A stretch of DNA of 64,000 nt from positions 1-64,000 of the IMG/VR virus record IMGVR_UViG_2934156241_000001; one strand, written 5' to 3'. The position numbers and the translations under genes are program-made. Shown here piece by piece: positions 37,741 to 46,820 of the stretch. Below the pieces are notes generated by a model. It was given only the letters and a program-made list of their open reading frames with translations. It had not been told where the DNA came from and did no database searches. This DNA is from a virus. Lineage: Duplodnaviria; Caudoviricetes. Within the stretch, counting starts at the first letter, position 1; the number at the start of each line of letters is the position of its first letter.

Positions 37741-39987
37741 GTGGCAACCGTCGAACCGCCTCGGACCCCCGCCGTCGCCATCGCCCGCGAGCTGCGCAGC
37801 CTCGGCCTTGGCCAGGGCGCCGGGAAGGACTTCCGGATCGAGGGCCACTACGTCAACGGCGAGCGCCGCTACACCCACGCGCTGCTGCTCAGCCGCCGCG
37901 CCCACGAGGTCATCGCCGCGAACGCCGACCTGATCGAGCAGCGCACCGAAGCAGGCCCGTTCCCCTTCCTCGTATCGCTCCGCGACCTCGACGGCCGCAT
38001 GGTTGCCTCAGTCGCCAACGGTGGCCCCCGCTACCGCGATGCCCTGCCCGCCCCCGCCGCCGAAGAGGCCGCACCGATCGAGCCCCCCGCCGAGGAGGCC
38101 GAGCTGTGGGACGGAGTGGAGGGCATCGTCGCCGGCCCCGGCATCGTCCGCCCCGGCGTGCACGTCGAGTGCCTGCCCCAGCACCGGCCCGGCCCGCGCA
38201 CCCGCTACGCCCACGGCGGCGTGATCCAGTCGGTCGGCCCGGTCAACGTCCGGTGGCGCCCGTACGGATACGACCGGGACATCTCCACCCCGCTGGAGCA
38301 CATGCGCGTGGACGCCTGCGCACACCTCAACATGCGAAAAGACGTGAACCGGGCAGTCGTCGCCCTGAACGCGGGGCGACTGCCCAGGGACCCCGAGTGG
38401 GTCTACTGGAACCTCGCCCAGCACATCACCCATGCCGCGGCCCCGGCCGTCGAGGAGGCCGAGGAGGCCCCGGTCACGGCGCAGGCCCCGGCGCCCGCCG
38501 GCCCCGTGGTCGTCATCCCCTGCGGCGCGGCCAAGCTGCCCCACAACGCCCCCGCCCGCGAGCTCTACACCGGCAGCTATCACCGGGCCTGCGCCCGCGC
38601 CGCTGCCACCCTCGCCGGAGGCAGCGGGACGGTCCTGATCCTGTCCGCGCTGTACGGACTCACCCCTCTGGACCGGGTGATCGCCCCGTACGACCTCCGG
38701 ATGGGACAGGCCGGGAGCGTCACCGGCGACCAGCTCCGCGACCAGGCCCGCGCCCTCGGCGTGGACCGGGCCGAGGACGTCGTCATCCTGGCCGGTGCCA
38801 CCTACACCGCCGCCGCCCGCGAGGTCTGGCCGGAGGCATCCACCCCGCTGGCCGGGCTGGGAGGCATGGGCTACCAGCTCCAGTGGCTGGCCACCCTCGC
38901 CGCCGGCGAAACCGCCACGCTCCCGCCTGCCGCCCCCGAGGGGACTGGAGGGACTGATGACTCCCACGACAGGGGCCCTGTCCGGCAGGTCCCCGCCGAG
39001 CCGGTCGAGGACCACCGCGAGACCTACCGGCAGGAGCGGCAGGCCAGCGCGCTGCACTGGTCCACCCGCCACGCGGACGTCGTCACCCGGGCCGCAGCCG
39101 GACAGCTCGTCCGCGACGAGGACGGCACCGCCCGCCTCACCGGCGCCCACGGACGTCCCGGCCGCCGAGTCGCCGCCGCACTCCTGCCCCCGCTGGAGGA
39201 CGCCGGGTTCCTCGCTGCAGTCCCGGCAGGGGACGGCACCGCCCGGATCGAGCTGACCGGCGACGGCCGCCGCGCCCTCCTCGTGTGGCAGCGCCACCAG
39301 CCGGAGCCCGTCGAGCGCCCGCGCAAGAGGGAGGGCCTGCCCCTGTCCCCGCTGCTCGGCGGGGATGAGGCCCGCCGCCGCGCTGAGGCATTCCACGCCG
39401 CCGAGCGGCAGCGCCGCGCCGACTGGCAGCTCTGGTACGCGGAGTTCGAGGAGCGCCGCGCGGACGAGGAGTGGCGGGACCGTCTGTGGGCCGCGTACGC
39501 CAGGGTCCGGGACATCCGTTACCGGCTCGGCCGCAAGGTGCCCGCCGGGTGGGCGCCGACCGACGAGGAGGTATCCCGCCACCGGCTGGACCCGGAGGTC
39601 GTGGCAGCGCTGCGCGCCCAGCAGGGCCCGGCCGATGAGGGGTCGCCGGCTGTTGAGCCGCACCCCGCCGACGCTGACCGCCCCCACTCTCATCCTGACA
39701 CCACATATTGCAACTTGACATTGCAATATGGCGATGCAAGTATCGAGGTGTCAGGAAGGGCGACCGGCCCGACCAGGAAGGGGTTTGACCATGAGCCGCA
39801 CCATCCGCATTCGCAACACCGAGGACGCCGTGGTGGAGATCGCCGCCATGACGACGCGCGTCATCGCGGAGGCCGGGCACAAGGGTCACGACCTGGAGAC
39901 GGTCGGCCGGATCATCACCTCGGACACCGTCCTGGACACCATCCGCACCGCATACAACCGGCGCACCGCCGAGGGGGCCACCCCTAA
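37741..39987 (+). CDS. Multidomain protein with DUF6884-like domain; true 3' end probably near 39700
   Basis: VIPCGAAK...APARELYTGSY...ILSALYGL...IAPYDLRM; ORF as read runs through the next promoter and gene. Confidence 0.75.
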   Translation: MATVEPPRTPAVAIARELRSLGLGQGAGKDFRIEGHYVNGERRYTHALLLSRRAHEVIAANADLIEQRTEAGPFPFLVSLRDLDGRMVASVANGGPRYRDALPAPAAEEAAPIEPPAEEAELWDGVEGIVAGPGIVRPGVHVECLPQHRPGPRTRYAHGGVIQSVGPVNVRWRPYGYDRDISTPLEHMRVDACAHLNMRKDVNRAVVALNAGRLPRDPEWVYWNLAQHITHAAAPAVEEAEEAPVTAQAPAPAGPVVVIPCGAAKLPHNAPARELYTGSYHRACARAAATLAGGSGTVLILSALYGLTPLDRVIAPYDLRMGQAGSVTGDQLRDQARALGVDRAEDVVILAGATYTAAAREVWPEASTPLAGLGGMGYQLQWLATLAAGETATLPPAAPEGTGGTDDSHDRGPVRQVPAEPVEDHRETYRQERQASALHWSTRHADVVTRAAAGQLVRDEDGTARLTGAHGRPGRRVAAALLPPLEDAGFLAAVPAGDGTARIELTGDGRRALLVWQRHQPEPVERPRKREGLPLSPLLGGDEARRRAEAFHAAERQRRADWQLWYAEFEERRADEEWRDRLWAAYARVRDIRYRLGRKVPAGWAPTDEEVSRHRLDPEVVAALRAQQGPADEGSPAVEPHPADADRPHSHPDTTYCNLTLQYGDASIEVSGRATGPTRKGFDHEPHHPHSQHRGRRGGDRRHDDARHRGGRAQGSRPGDGRPDHHLGHRPGHHPHRIQPAHRRGGHP
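39708..39743 (+). promoter_or_regulatory. TTGCAA-box promoter 6
   Basis: Three boxes; TTGACA-17bp-AAGTAT. Confidence 0.85.
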
Positions 39988-40309
39988 GGACGCCGTGATC
40001 GCCGTCGGCACCCAGCTCATCGCCCACTACTGCAACTCCGCCGGCATCGAGCCCGCCGCCGAGGCCGAGCCCGCCGCCCCGGAGACGACCACCGCCGACC
40101 CGGCAGGCGTCCCGCACCGCACGCACGGCACGTGCGGCGCCACCTGGAAGCGGGTGCCCGTGAACCGCAACCGCCCGGACCTCGGCGACACCACCGAGTA
40201 CGGCCACCCGAAGTGCGGCCAGCCCGCCACGGTGGACCGCTTTGTCAAGGCGGCCCAGGCCGACTACTTCCGCCCCGTCTACGCCTGCCCGGCCCACACC
40301 CGCAACTGA
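39791..40309 (+). CDS. Hypothetical protein with C-terminal Zn finger
   Basis: RBS; CGA...KCGQPA...YACPAH. Confidence 0.75.
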   Translation: MSRTIRIRNTEDAVVEIAAMTTRVIAEAGHKGHDLETVGRIITSDTVLDTIRTAYNRRTAEGATPKDAVIAVGTQLIAHYCNSAGIEPAAEAEPAAPETTTADPAGVPHRTHGTCGATWKRVPVNRNRPDLGDTTEYGHPKCGQPATVDRFVKAAQADYFRPVYACPAHTRN

Positions 40310-40382
40310 CCAGCCGAAACCCCCTGACCAGCCCCGGCCGGGCGCACCAGCGCCCGGCCCCCGACGACCGGGAGACCCTCCG

Positions 40383-40793
40383 ATGCCGAGCAAGCCGAAG
40401 ATGGACCACACCGAGCGCGCCGCCCGCGACCTCATCAACCTCAAGGTCCGCGAAGGCATCATCGACCGCCGCAACGGCAACGAGATCATCCGGACCGGCC
40501 TGCCGTTCATCACGGTCATGCTCGCCCGCTGGAGGCGCGAAGGCACCTCCCCCCAGTGGATCACCGAGAAGTTCCAGACCAAGCTCGCGGAGGCCAAGCA
40601 GCAGGCCGCCGACGCCCCCGACAGCGCGTTCGCCCAGCAGCGCGCACGCCTGTCCGTAGTCGCCGCAGAGATGTACCTCGCGGCCTGGGCCGGAATGCAG
40701 GCCGACCTGGGCCAGTACCTCGCCGACCTCAAGACCGCCGACCAGGCCGCGGCAGTGGACGCCGCGCCCCCGGCCATCGAGCCCGCCCCCTGA
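40383..40793 (+). CDS. Hypothetical protein
   Basis: GGAG RBS; codon bias. Confidence 0.75.
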   Translation: MPSKPKMDHTERAARDLINLKVREGIIDRRNGNEIIRTGLPFITVMLARWRREGTSPQWITEKFQTKLAEAKQQAADAPDSAFAQQRARLSVVAAEMYLAAWAGMQADLGQYLADLKTADQAAAVDAAPPAIEPAP

Positions 40794-40825
40794 TGCCACC
40801 TCACCCCACCCAGGAGGACCCACCC

Positions 40826-41518
40826 GTGTTCCGCGAGACGATTACCCACGCCGGAGGCACCACCGAAGGCACCGCCAGTGAAACCCACGCCGTGACGCTC
40901 CTCGTCCGCGCCGCCCGCCGGCAGTACGCCATGGAGGCCACCCCCGCCGGAGGTGCGCTCATCACCTGGACCCGCCACGTCTTCGGCCCCGGCGGAAACA
41001 GCCTCGTGCTCGTCGACCGCTCCATCCGGCTCGACCCCATGACGCCGGTCGGCAACCTCACCGACACCGTGCGGGAAGACCTGTCCCTGGTCGACGGCGA
41101 CCCGCGCGCCCGGTATGACCTCGTCAAGGGGCGCCGCGTCATCACCGGCACCCTGTGGCAGGTCCCGCCGTTCCCCACGGCAGGCCTCCGCGCCCGGCGC
41201 CTGGTGGTCGAGGACCGGGGACGAGTCCGCCTCACGCTGACGGCCCGCCTGGGGCTCCTGGCCCACGCGCACCGCACGACCACCACGGCGCCCCGGGGCT
41301 GGTACCACCCCTCCGCGTACGAGAGCGCCGGACTCAACCGCCCCGGCCGCCGGGCCGGACTCCTGCGCGACAGCACGAGCGCTGCCGTGTGCAGCTGCCT
41401 GGAGCTGTCCGCCGTGGGAGGCGACCGCGAGCACGCCCGGCGCCTGGCTCTGGATCACCGGCGTGCGGTGACCGCCGAGTTCGTCGCCGACCGGCTCGCC
41501 GTGCCGGTGAACGCCTGA
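40826..41518 (+). CDS. Hypothetical protein
   Basis: AGGAGG RBS + GTG; C-terminal CSC...H. Confidence 0.75.
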   Translation: MFRETITHAGGTTEGTASETHAVTLLVRAARRQYAMEATPAGGALITWTRHVFGPGGNSLVLVDRSIRLDPMTPVGNLTDTVREDLSLVDGDPRARYDLVKGRRVITGTLWQVPPFPTAGLRARRLVVEDRGRVRLTLTARLGLLAHAHRTTTTAPRGWYHPSAYESAGLNRPGRRAGLLRDSTSAAVCSCLELSAVGGDREHARRLALDHRRAVTAEFVADRLAVPVNA

Positions 41519-41574
41519 CCGGTAGGCGTCGCACCTGGTCACCGCCCCTCCCCACCGCCCACGCATACCCCATG

Positions 41575-41610
41575 TTGCAACTTGACGTTGCAACATGGGA
41601 ATGCAATTAT
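41575..41610 (+). promoter_or_regulatory. TTGCAA-box promoter 7
   Basis: Three boxes; TTGACG-17bp-AATTAT. Confidence 0.85.
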
Positions 41611-41653
41611 GTGTGTGAGGGAGGGCGCCAAGCCAGCCCCGGAAGGGAACGCC

Positions 41654-42154
41654 ATGACGAAGACCGCCGCCCGCGCCGCCGCCGCCCGCACCCGGGACCT
41701 GGCCGACATCATCAGCAGCCGCACCGCACTCCACCCCGCACGGGACGTACGCCTGCGGATGATCGACTACCTGACCGCCGCGGCCGCCGCCTTCGAGGAG
41801 AGCGACGGCGCAGTCACCCCGTTCGGCGCCGCCGCCGCACTCCTCCAGTGCCAGGCGCTCGCCGACAACCACCCGGCCGCCGGGGTCGCGGAAGACGTCT
41901 TCTACTACGTCGCCGCCCCCGTGAGCCGCTGCAACCCCGAGGTGCCCGACCTCGCCCCCGTGAGCTCGGTCCTCGCCGGACAGGAGAGCCGCCTCCGCTC
42001 CCAGATCAGCCTGGCCGCCCACGACCTCGACCGAGAGGGCGACGCCACCAACCGCTACGCAATCCTCGCCACCCTCGCGGACCTTCACTACCGCTTTGAC
42101 CGCCTCGCGGAGACCGTGCAGGCCGACAACCTCCGCCCCACCCCAACCCGCTGA
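41654..42154 (+). CDS. Hypothetical helical protein
   Basis: RBS; codon bias. Confidence 0.75.
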   Translation: MTKTAARAAAARTRDLADIISSRTALHPARDVRLRMIDYLTAAAAAFEESDGAVTPFGAAAALLQCQALADNHPAAGVAEDVFYYVAAPVSRCNPEVPDLAPVSSVLAGQESRLRSQISLAAHDLDREGDATNRYAILATLADLHYRFDRLAETVQADNLRPTPTR

Positions 42155-42223
42155 CGCACCCCCGGGCCGCCCCCACCGGGGCGGCCCCCACTCCACCTCA
42201 CCAGCGCCACGACCGGCGCGGAG

Positions 42224-42577
42224 ATGACCGTGGGGCGCGGCTGCTGCAAGCGCGTCACCGGCTGGCCCCTGAGCGCCGCCGAGGCCCGCCGCCTCCTCGA
42301 CCAGGCCCAGCGCGAGGCCCGCGCTCTGGAGGCCTGGGGTGACAGGTGCCGCACGGCCCTGGCCGTGGGTCGGTTCCCCCGCGACCGCGCGCAGACCATC
42401 GGGAGCGCCCTCGTGTCGGACATGCTCGACGGCGCCCCGCAGCACCGCGTCGAGCGACGCGCCGCCGAGCTGCCCGCCCTGGTTGGCGCCCTCGGCTGCG
42501 CCGGTGCCCCACTGGCCGACCTGGTGGCCGTCGGCGAAGTCCACCGGCGCCGCCGCCTCGGCATTCCCTGGGTCTGA
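42224..42577 (+). CDS. Hypothetical protein
   Basis: ORF fills the gap; start uncertain. Confidence 0.4.
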   Translation: MTVGRGCCKRVTGWPLSAAEARRLLDQAQREARALEAWGDRCRTALAVGRFPRDRAQTIGSALVSDMLDGAPQHRVERRAAELPALVGALGCAGAPLADLVAVGEVHRRRRLGIPWV

Positions 42578-42613
42578 CCTGCCCGGCCGCCACCCAGCGC
42601 GACACGCCCATAG

Positions 42614-42662
42614 TTGCAACTCCACATTGCTACTTGACATTGCAATGTCGAGTTGCAACTAT
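42614..42662 (+). promoter_or_regulatory. TTGCAA-box promoter 8 (four boxes)
   Basis: Boxes at 42614, 42627, 42640, 42653; TTGACA-17bp-AACTAT. Confidence 0.85.
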
Positions 42663-42714
42663 GGGTTTCGGGAGGGGGTGCCAAAGCCCCCACCGCACGA
42701 GAACGGAGCAGCCC

Positions 42715-43449
42715 ATGCGCACCCACGCCACCGCCCAGCTCACCGGGGGACGGGACAACCAGTGCGACGCCACCGCCGTCTACACCACCCCCAACGGCAC
42801 CCGCGCATACGTGCTGCTGGACGGAATCGGCGACACCGAGCACGTCCGGGAGTGGACCCGGGCCGCGGCCCGCCGCCTCGCCCGCACCGCCGCCCGCCAC
42901 GGGGACGCGGACAGCGGCCTCCGCGCCGTATACGCCGCCTACCAGGCCGAAGACCTGCGACAGGACGTCTACGCCCGGGACTACGCCCCGATGGCCGCCG
43001 CCGTGGTGGTCGTCACCGCCCCCGGTAAGCCGCTGTCCGTGGCCTGGGCCGGCGACTCCCGCGCGTACCTCCTCGTGGACGCCAAACTCCAGCGCCTCAC
43101 CAACGACCACAACCTCCGCCGCGTCTACCCGCCGTGCGCGACGTACCCGGAAGGCGGCAACCGACACCGCATCACCGCATGCCTCGGGTCCTGGCAGACC
43201 GACGAGGACGCCATGGACTACGCGGGCCACCCCGCGATGGAGTCCACGACCGTCCCGGCCCGGAAGTGCCGGCTGCTGCTCGCCTCCGATGGCGCCTACG
43301 AGCCGATCCAGGACAACGGCGCCGACCTGCGGACCTACCTCCACGGCACCCCGGCCAACGTCGCCCGGGACCTGGTGGAGACCGCCATCGCCTGGGCCGG
43401 GACCCGCCCGGACAACGCCACGGTGCTCATCGCCGACCTGACCGCCTGA
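42715..43449 (+). CDS. PP2C/PPM-family protein phosphatase
   Basis: R..QCD, LLDGIG, AWAGDSRAY, LTNDHN, LLLASDG, DNATV. Confidence 0.9.
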   Translation: MRTHATAQLTGGRDNQCDATAVYTTPNGTRAYVLLDGIGDTEHVREWTRAAARRLARTAARHGDADSGLRAVYAAYQAEDLRQDVYARDYAPMAAAVVVVTAPGKPLSVAWAGDSRAYLLVDAKLQRLTNDHNLRRVYPPCATYPEGGNRHRITACLGSWQTDEDAMDYAGHPAMESTTVPARKCRLLLASDGAYEPIQDNGADLRTYLHGTPANVARDLVETAIAWAGTRPDNATVLIADLTA

Positions 43450-43506
43450 TCCACCCGACACGGGCCGCCCCACCCCGGGGCGGCCCCGGCCCCCAGGAGC
43501 ACCGTC

Positions 43507-44007
43507 ATGACGCACTTCGCCGCCCCCGCCCTGCCCGAAGGCACCGTCCCCGTGGGCGCCCTGGTCACCTACCACGGCAGCTTGGCCGAGCTCCACGGAC
43601 AGCGCTTCAAGGTCATCCCCTGCGGCTGGCACTGCGACCGCGACACCGACGACATGGACGGCGCCTCGGACCCTTGCCGCCTCGACGCCCCGGAGCCCCG
43701 GTTCGGCCTGTACGACCCGACCACGGGCCAGCCCGTCATCGAACACGTCCGCGCCACGAGCATCACCCCGGTGACCACGACGTGGCCCTCCGACGCCGTC
43801 CCGTTCCGCATCGCCTCGTACTGGTACATGGCCAGCCACACCACCCGCGGCGGCAGCAGCCATGCCCGGGTCGTGCACTTCTACCGCGACGGCGACACCC
43901 GGGGCATCCCCAACGCGGAGACCTGGTGCCGCCTGCGCACCGGCCCCGTCAGCGACCTCATCCGCCACCTCGACGGCCAAGCCCGCGACCGCACGCGGAC
44001 GCTCTGA
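43507..44007 (+). CDS. Hypothetical protein
   Basis: AGGAG RBS; VGALVTYHGSL. Confidence 0.75.
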   Translation: MTHFAAPALPEGTVPVGALVTYHGSLAELHGQRFKVIPCGWHCDRDTDDMDGASDPCRLDAPEPRFGLYDPTTGQPVIEHVRATSITPVTTTWPSDAVPFRIASYWYMASHTTRGGSSHARVVHFYRDGDTRGIPNAETWCRLRTGPVSDLIRHLDGQARDRTRTL

Positions 44008-44108
44008 CCCCTTGTCCGGACAGTGTCCGGGCCTGTCCGCCCCTCCTCGACGGACACGCCCGGTCGCCTGCCCAGGCACCACCCACACCACGACGAAAGG
44101 CGCCACCC

Positions 44109-45041
44109 ATGGCACACATCGACATCACCCACTCCGCCCAGGAAGGCACCCTCGCGGACGGCGGCGAGAAGGGCGACGGCACCGGCGGCATCCTGTACGC
44201 CCACGGCTTCCGCTGGTTCCGGTCCCTGCGCCAGTACGGCATCCGTAGCTCCCGAGACCGGGCCCCGCGACTGATCCTCATGCACACCGTCGCCGAGCAG
44301 CTCCGCGCCAACGGGCACACCGCGACCGTCACCGTGGACGGCGAGGTCCGCGACAACGCCACGGTGCGCGCCGACCAGCACGAGCGCCTGGAGGACCGGC
44401 GCACTGCGCTGGAGGCCGAGGGCCAGAAGCTCGCCAAGGAGGCCGAGGTCCTGCGCCGCCGCTCCGACGAGATGGTCGAGCACCTCCCCCTCGGACAGCC
44501 GGTCATGCCCGGCCGACGCGGCCAGTCACACCGCAACCTCCTGAACCGCAGCATCGACACCTCAATCCGCTCGGCCCTCACCGCCCAGGAAGCCGACCGG
44601 ATGCCCGACCGCATCGCAGGGTCCCGGCGGCAGGAGGCCCACCGCGAGCGGCTGGACGTCACCGCGCGCCGAGTCGACCGCCTGAACACTGAGCTGCGTT
44701 CCCTGGACCGCCGCATGGCCCGGCTGTCCCTGTACCCGGAGACCGGCTCAAGCCTCCTGCGCCAGCAGTACGAGGGGGAACGCGCCGTGCTCGTCGAGCG
44801 GATCGCCGGCGACCAGGCAGTCCTGGACCGGGCCGTGGAGGAGGGCCGGTTCGGCCGCTACTCCAAGGGCAACGTCCATAAGGGCGACCTGGTCAAGGTC
44901 CGGGGCCAGTGGCGCACCGTCGCCCGAGCCAACGCCAAGACCGTGTCCGTGACGACCGGCTACTCCTGGACCGACAAATACGGCTGGGAGGAAGTCGCCG
45001 AACTGCGCTGCTCCCACGTCGAGGACGACGACCAGAGCTGA
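44109..45041 (+). CDS. DUF3560-like protein
   Basis: ITHS..EGTL..G..KGDG, GFRW, PLGQP, C-terminal KGDLV..RG.W..V.RAN.KTVSV. Confidence 0.75.
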   Translation: MAHIDITHSAQEGTLADGGEKGDGTGGILYAHGFRWFRSLRQYGIRSSRDRAPRLILMHTVAEQLRANGHTATVTVDGEVRDNATVRADQHERLEDRRTALEAEGQKLAKEAEVLRRRSDEMVEHLPLGQPVMPGRRGQSHRNLLNRSIDTSIRSALTAQEADRMPDRIAGSRRQEAHRERLDVTARRVDRLNTELRSLDRRMARLSLYPETGSSLLRQQYEGERAVLVERIAGDQAVLDRAVEEGRFGRYSKGNVHKGDLVKVRGQWRTVARANAKTVSVTTGYSWTDKYGWEEVAELRCSHVEDDDQS

Positions 45042-45054
45042 CCGTCAGCTCGGG

Positions 45055-45243
45055 ACGGACGGTGTCCGGACACCACGCGGACACTGTCCGCCCCGGTGTC
45101 CGGACTCCCTCTCTCCCGAGCCCGGACCAGCCCGCCCGGACACCCCCTGTCCGGAGAGTGTCCGCCCTGTCCCACCTGCACCGATGCCCACCCCCGGACA
45201 CCCAGGCTCACGCCTGTCCGGACACCCCCGGACACCCTGTCCG
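45055..45243. repeat. Dense intergenic CGGACA/TGTCCG motif cluster
   Basis: More than ten motif copies in both orientations, including TGTCCGGACA palindromes. Confidence 0.8.
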
Positions 45244-45264
45244 CCACACACCGGAAGGCCCCTC

Positions 45265-45960
45265 GTGATCACCACCCTCCTACTCCTCGCCGCCGCGTTC
45301 GCCGTCCACTGGTGGTGGACGAGGAAGCCGAGCACCCGCCACGGTGCCGGCGCCTCGGCCGCCGCCCGAGCCCGCCAACTCCGTACGCCCCTCGTCCGCC
45401 TGGCCACCGCCCTGGGCATCGCCACCGACGCGGAGCGAGAGGCGCACAACTGGGAGATCGGCGCCCGGGGCGAGCGCCGTGCCGCCGCGCGCCTCCAGCC
45501 CCTGACCGATGACGGCTGGTGGATCCGCTACGACCTCGCCCTCCCTCCCGGGGAAGGGTCGGCGAACGTGGACGGCCTGGCCATCAGCCCTGCCGGGCGG
45601 CCGTTCGTCCTCGACCCGAAAGTCATGGACGGCCGCTTCCCCGTCACCGTCCGCGCGGGCCGCGTCCGGCACGGCGACCTGGACGTCACCCGGCGCATCC
45701 GCAGTGCGGGCAAGCAGGCCGCGGCTGTGTCCCGGGCCCTCGGCGTGCCGGTCGTCGCCATCGTCGCCATCGAGGGGGCCCAGCTCCTCGGCCCTCACGG
45801 GCGACCGGCCACCGAACTGGCCCTCGGCTCCATCCGCATCGTGCCGGCGCACCGCCTGCCCACCGTCCTGCGGGCCACCGCGCACATCCCCGGGCAACGC
45901 CGAGCCGCCGCCCTGGTGGCCACCGCAGAGCGGGTCCTGCCCCCGTACCGGGGACGCTGA
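45265..45960 (+). CDS. NERD-domain nuclease with N-terminal TM anchor
   Basis: GARGE....L...GW....DL.LP...ANVD.L.ISP.G...LD.K. Confidence 0.85.
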   Translation: MITTLLLLAAAFAVHWWWTRKPSTRHGAGASAAARARQLRTPLVRLATALGIATDAEREAHNWEIGARGERRAAARLQPLTDDGWWIRYDLALPPGEGSANVDGLAISPAGRPFVLDPKVMDGRFPVTVRAGRVRHGDLDVTRRIRSAGKQAAAVSRALGVPVVAIVAIEGAQLLGPHGRPATELALGSIRIVPAHRLPTVLRATAHIPGQRRAAALVATAERVLPPYRGR

Positions 45961-45971
45961 CACGCCCCATG

Positions 45972-45994
45972 TTGCAACATGAGTATGCAAGTAT
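45972..45994 (+). promoter_or_regulatory. TTGCAA-box promoter 9 (partial)
   Basis: TTGCAA-7bp-ATGCAAGTAT; no canonical -35. Confidence 0.6.
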
Positions 45995-46037
45995 GTGGGT
46001 GTTGGGACAGGGACACCACACCGGCAGGAGCAGCACC

Positions 46038-46610
46038 ATGGCGCACCGCGAGACCACCGTCACCGTGTACGGCACCACCCGCACCATCCGTACCGAGCAG
46101 ACCGGCACCGTGCGCCAGATGGAGACCGCCCACACCAAGGCGGTGAAGGCAGCACTCCAGGAGCTGCACACCACCGGCAAGGACGCCGCGCTGTCCGCCG
46201 CGAAGAAGGCCGCCGCTGCCGCTGACCGCGCCTGCCGCGACCGCCTCACCCCCGCGACCGCAGTCGCCGCCGAGAACGCTCGGAGCCGCATCAAGCGCAT
46301 CAACAAGCGCCAGTGGACCGGCTACTCCTTCCCCAACCTCGACGCCATGCGTCGCCCCCACGCGCCCGTAAAGTTCGACCTGGACCCCGCCGACACCCTC
46401 TTCGCCGACTGCCACGAGTTCATCGACCCCGACGCCCCCACCGAGCAGCCCCCGGTCGTCGAAGAGCCCCGCCCCCTGATGGGCGCGAAGGCGTTCCTGG
46501 ACACTCTCCTGGCCGCCCACCAGCCGCCGGCCCCGACAGGCCAGGAGCCGACCGAGGACACGGACCTGGAGGAGTTCCTGAACGGCTTCTTCGCCCCTGT
46601 CGCCGGCTGA
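46038..46610 (+). CDS. Hypothetical protein
   Basis: AGGAG RBS; codon bias. Confidence 0.75.
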   Translation: MAHRETTVTVYGTTRTIRTEQTGTVRQMETAHTKAVKAALQELHTTGKDAALSAAKKAAAAADRACRDRLTPATAVAAENARSRIKRINKRQWTGYSFPNLDAMRRPHAPVKFDLDPADTLFADCHEFIDPDAPTEQPPVVEEPRPLMGAKAFLDTLLAAHQPPAPTGQEPTEDTDLEEFLNGFFAPVAG

Positions 46611-46706
46611 CCGCACCTGCCCCCCAGGGGACGGCCCACCAGCCGTCCCCACCCCGGAGCCACACCCGACCGCCTGACCCGACACGGCCGACGCCCCCCT
46701 CCCAGT

Positions 46707-46750
46707 GAAGGGCCCGCACCACCGCCTCGGCGGACCGGTGCGGGCCCCTC
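46707..46750. terminator. Terminator hairpin
   Basis: GAAGGGCCCGCACC...GGTGCGGGCCCCTC between convergent genes. Confidence 0.65.
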
Positions 46751-46820
46751 ACATATCCCCTGGACCCAGCACCCGCGAGAGGCTGCCAGCCCAGCCACGG
46801 GGAGCCTGCCCCCGCAGGCC

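Noticed and set aside
39137-42658. 1173-aa minus-strand ORF and many other long antisense ORFs
   Set aside because: Shadow frames of high-GC plus-strand genes that have RBSs, promoters and motifs
30470-45994. TTGCAA elements as CRISPR repeats or integron attC sites
   Set aside because: Spacing is kilobases, no cas or integron integrase is present, and the -35/-10 geometry fits promoters
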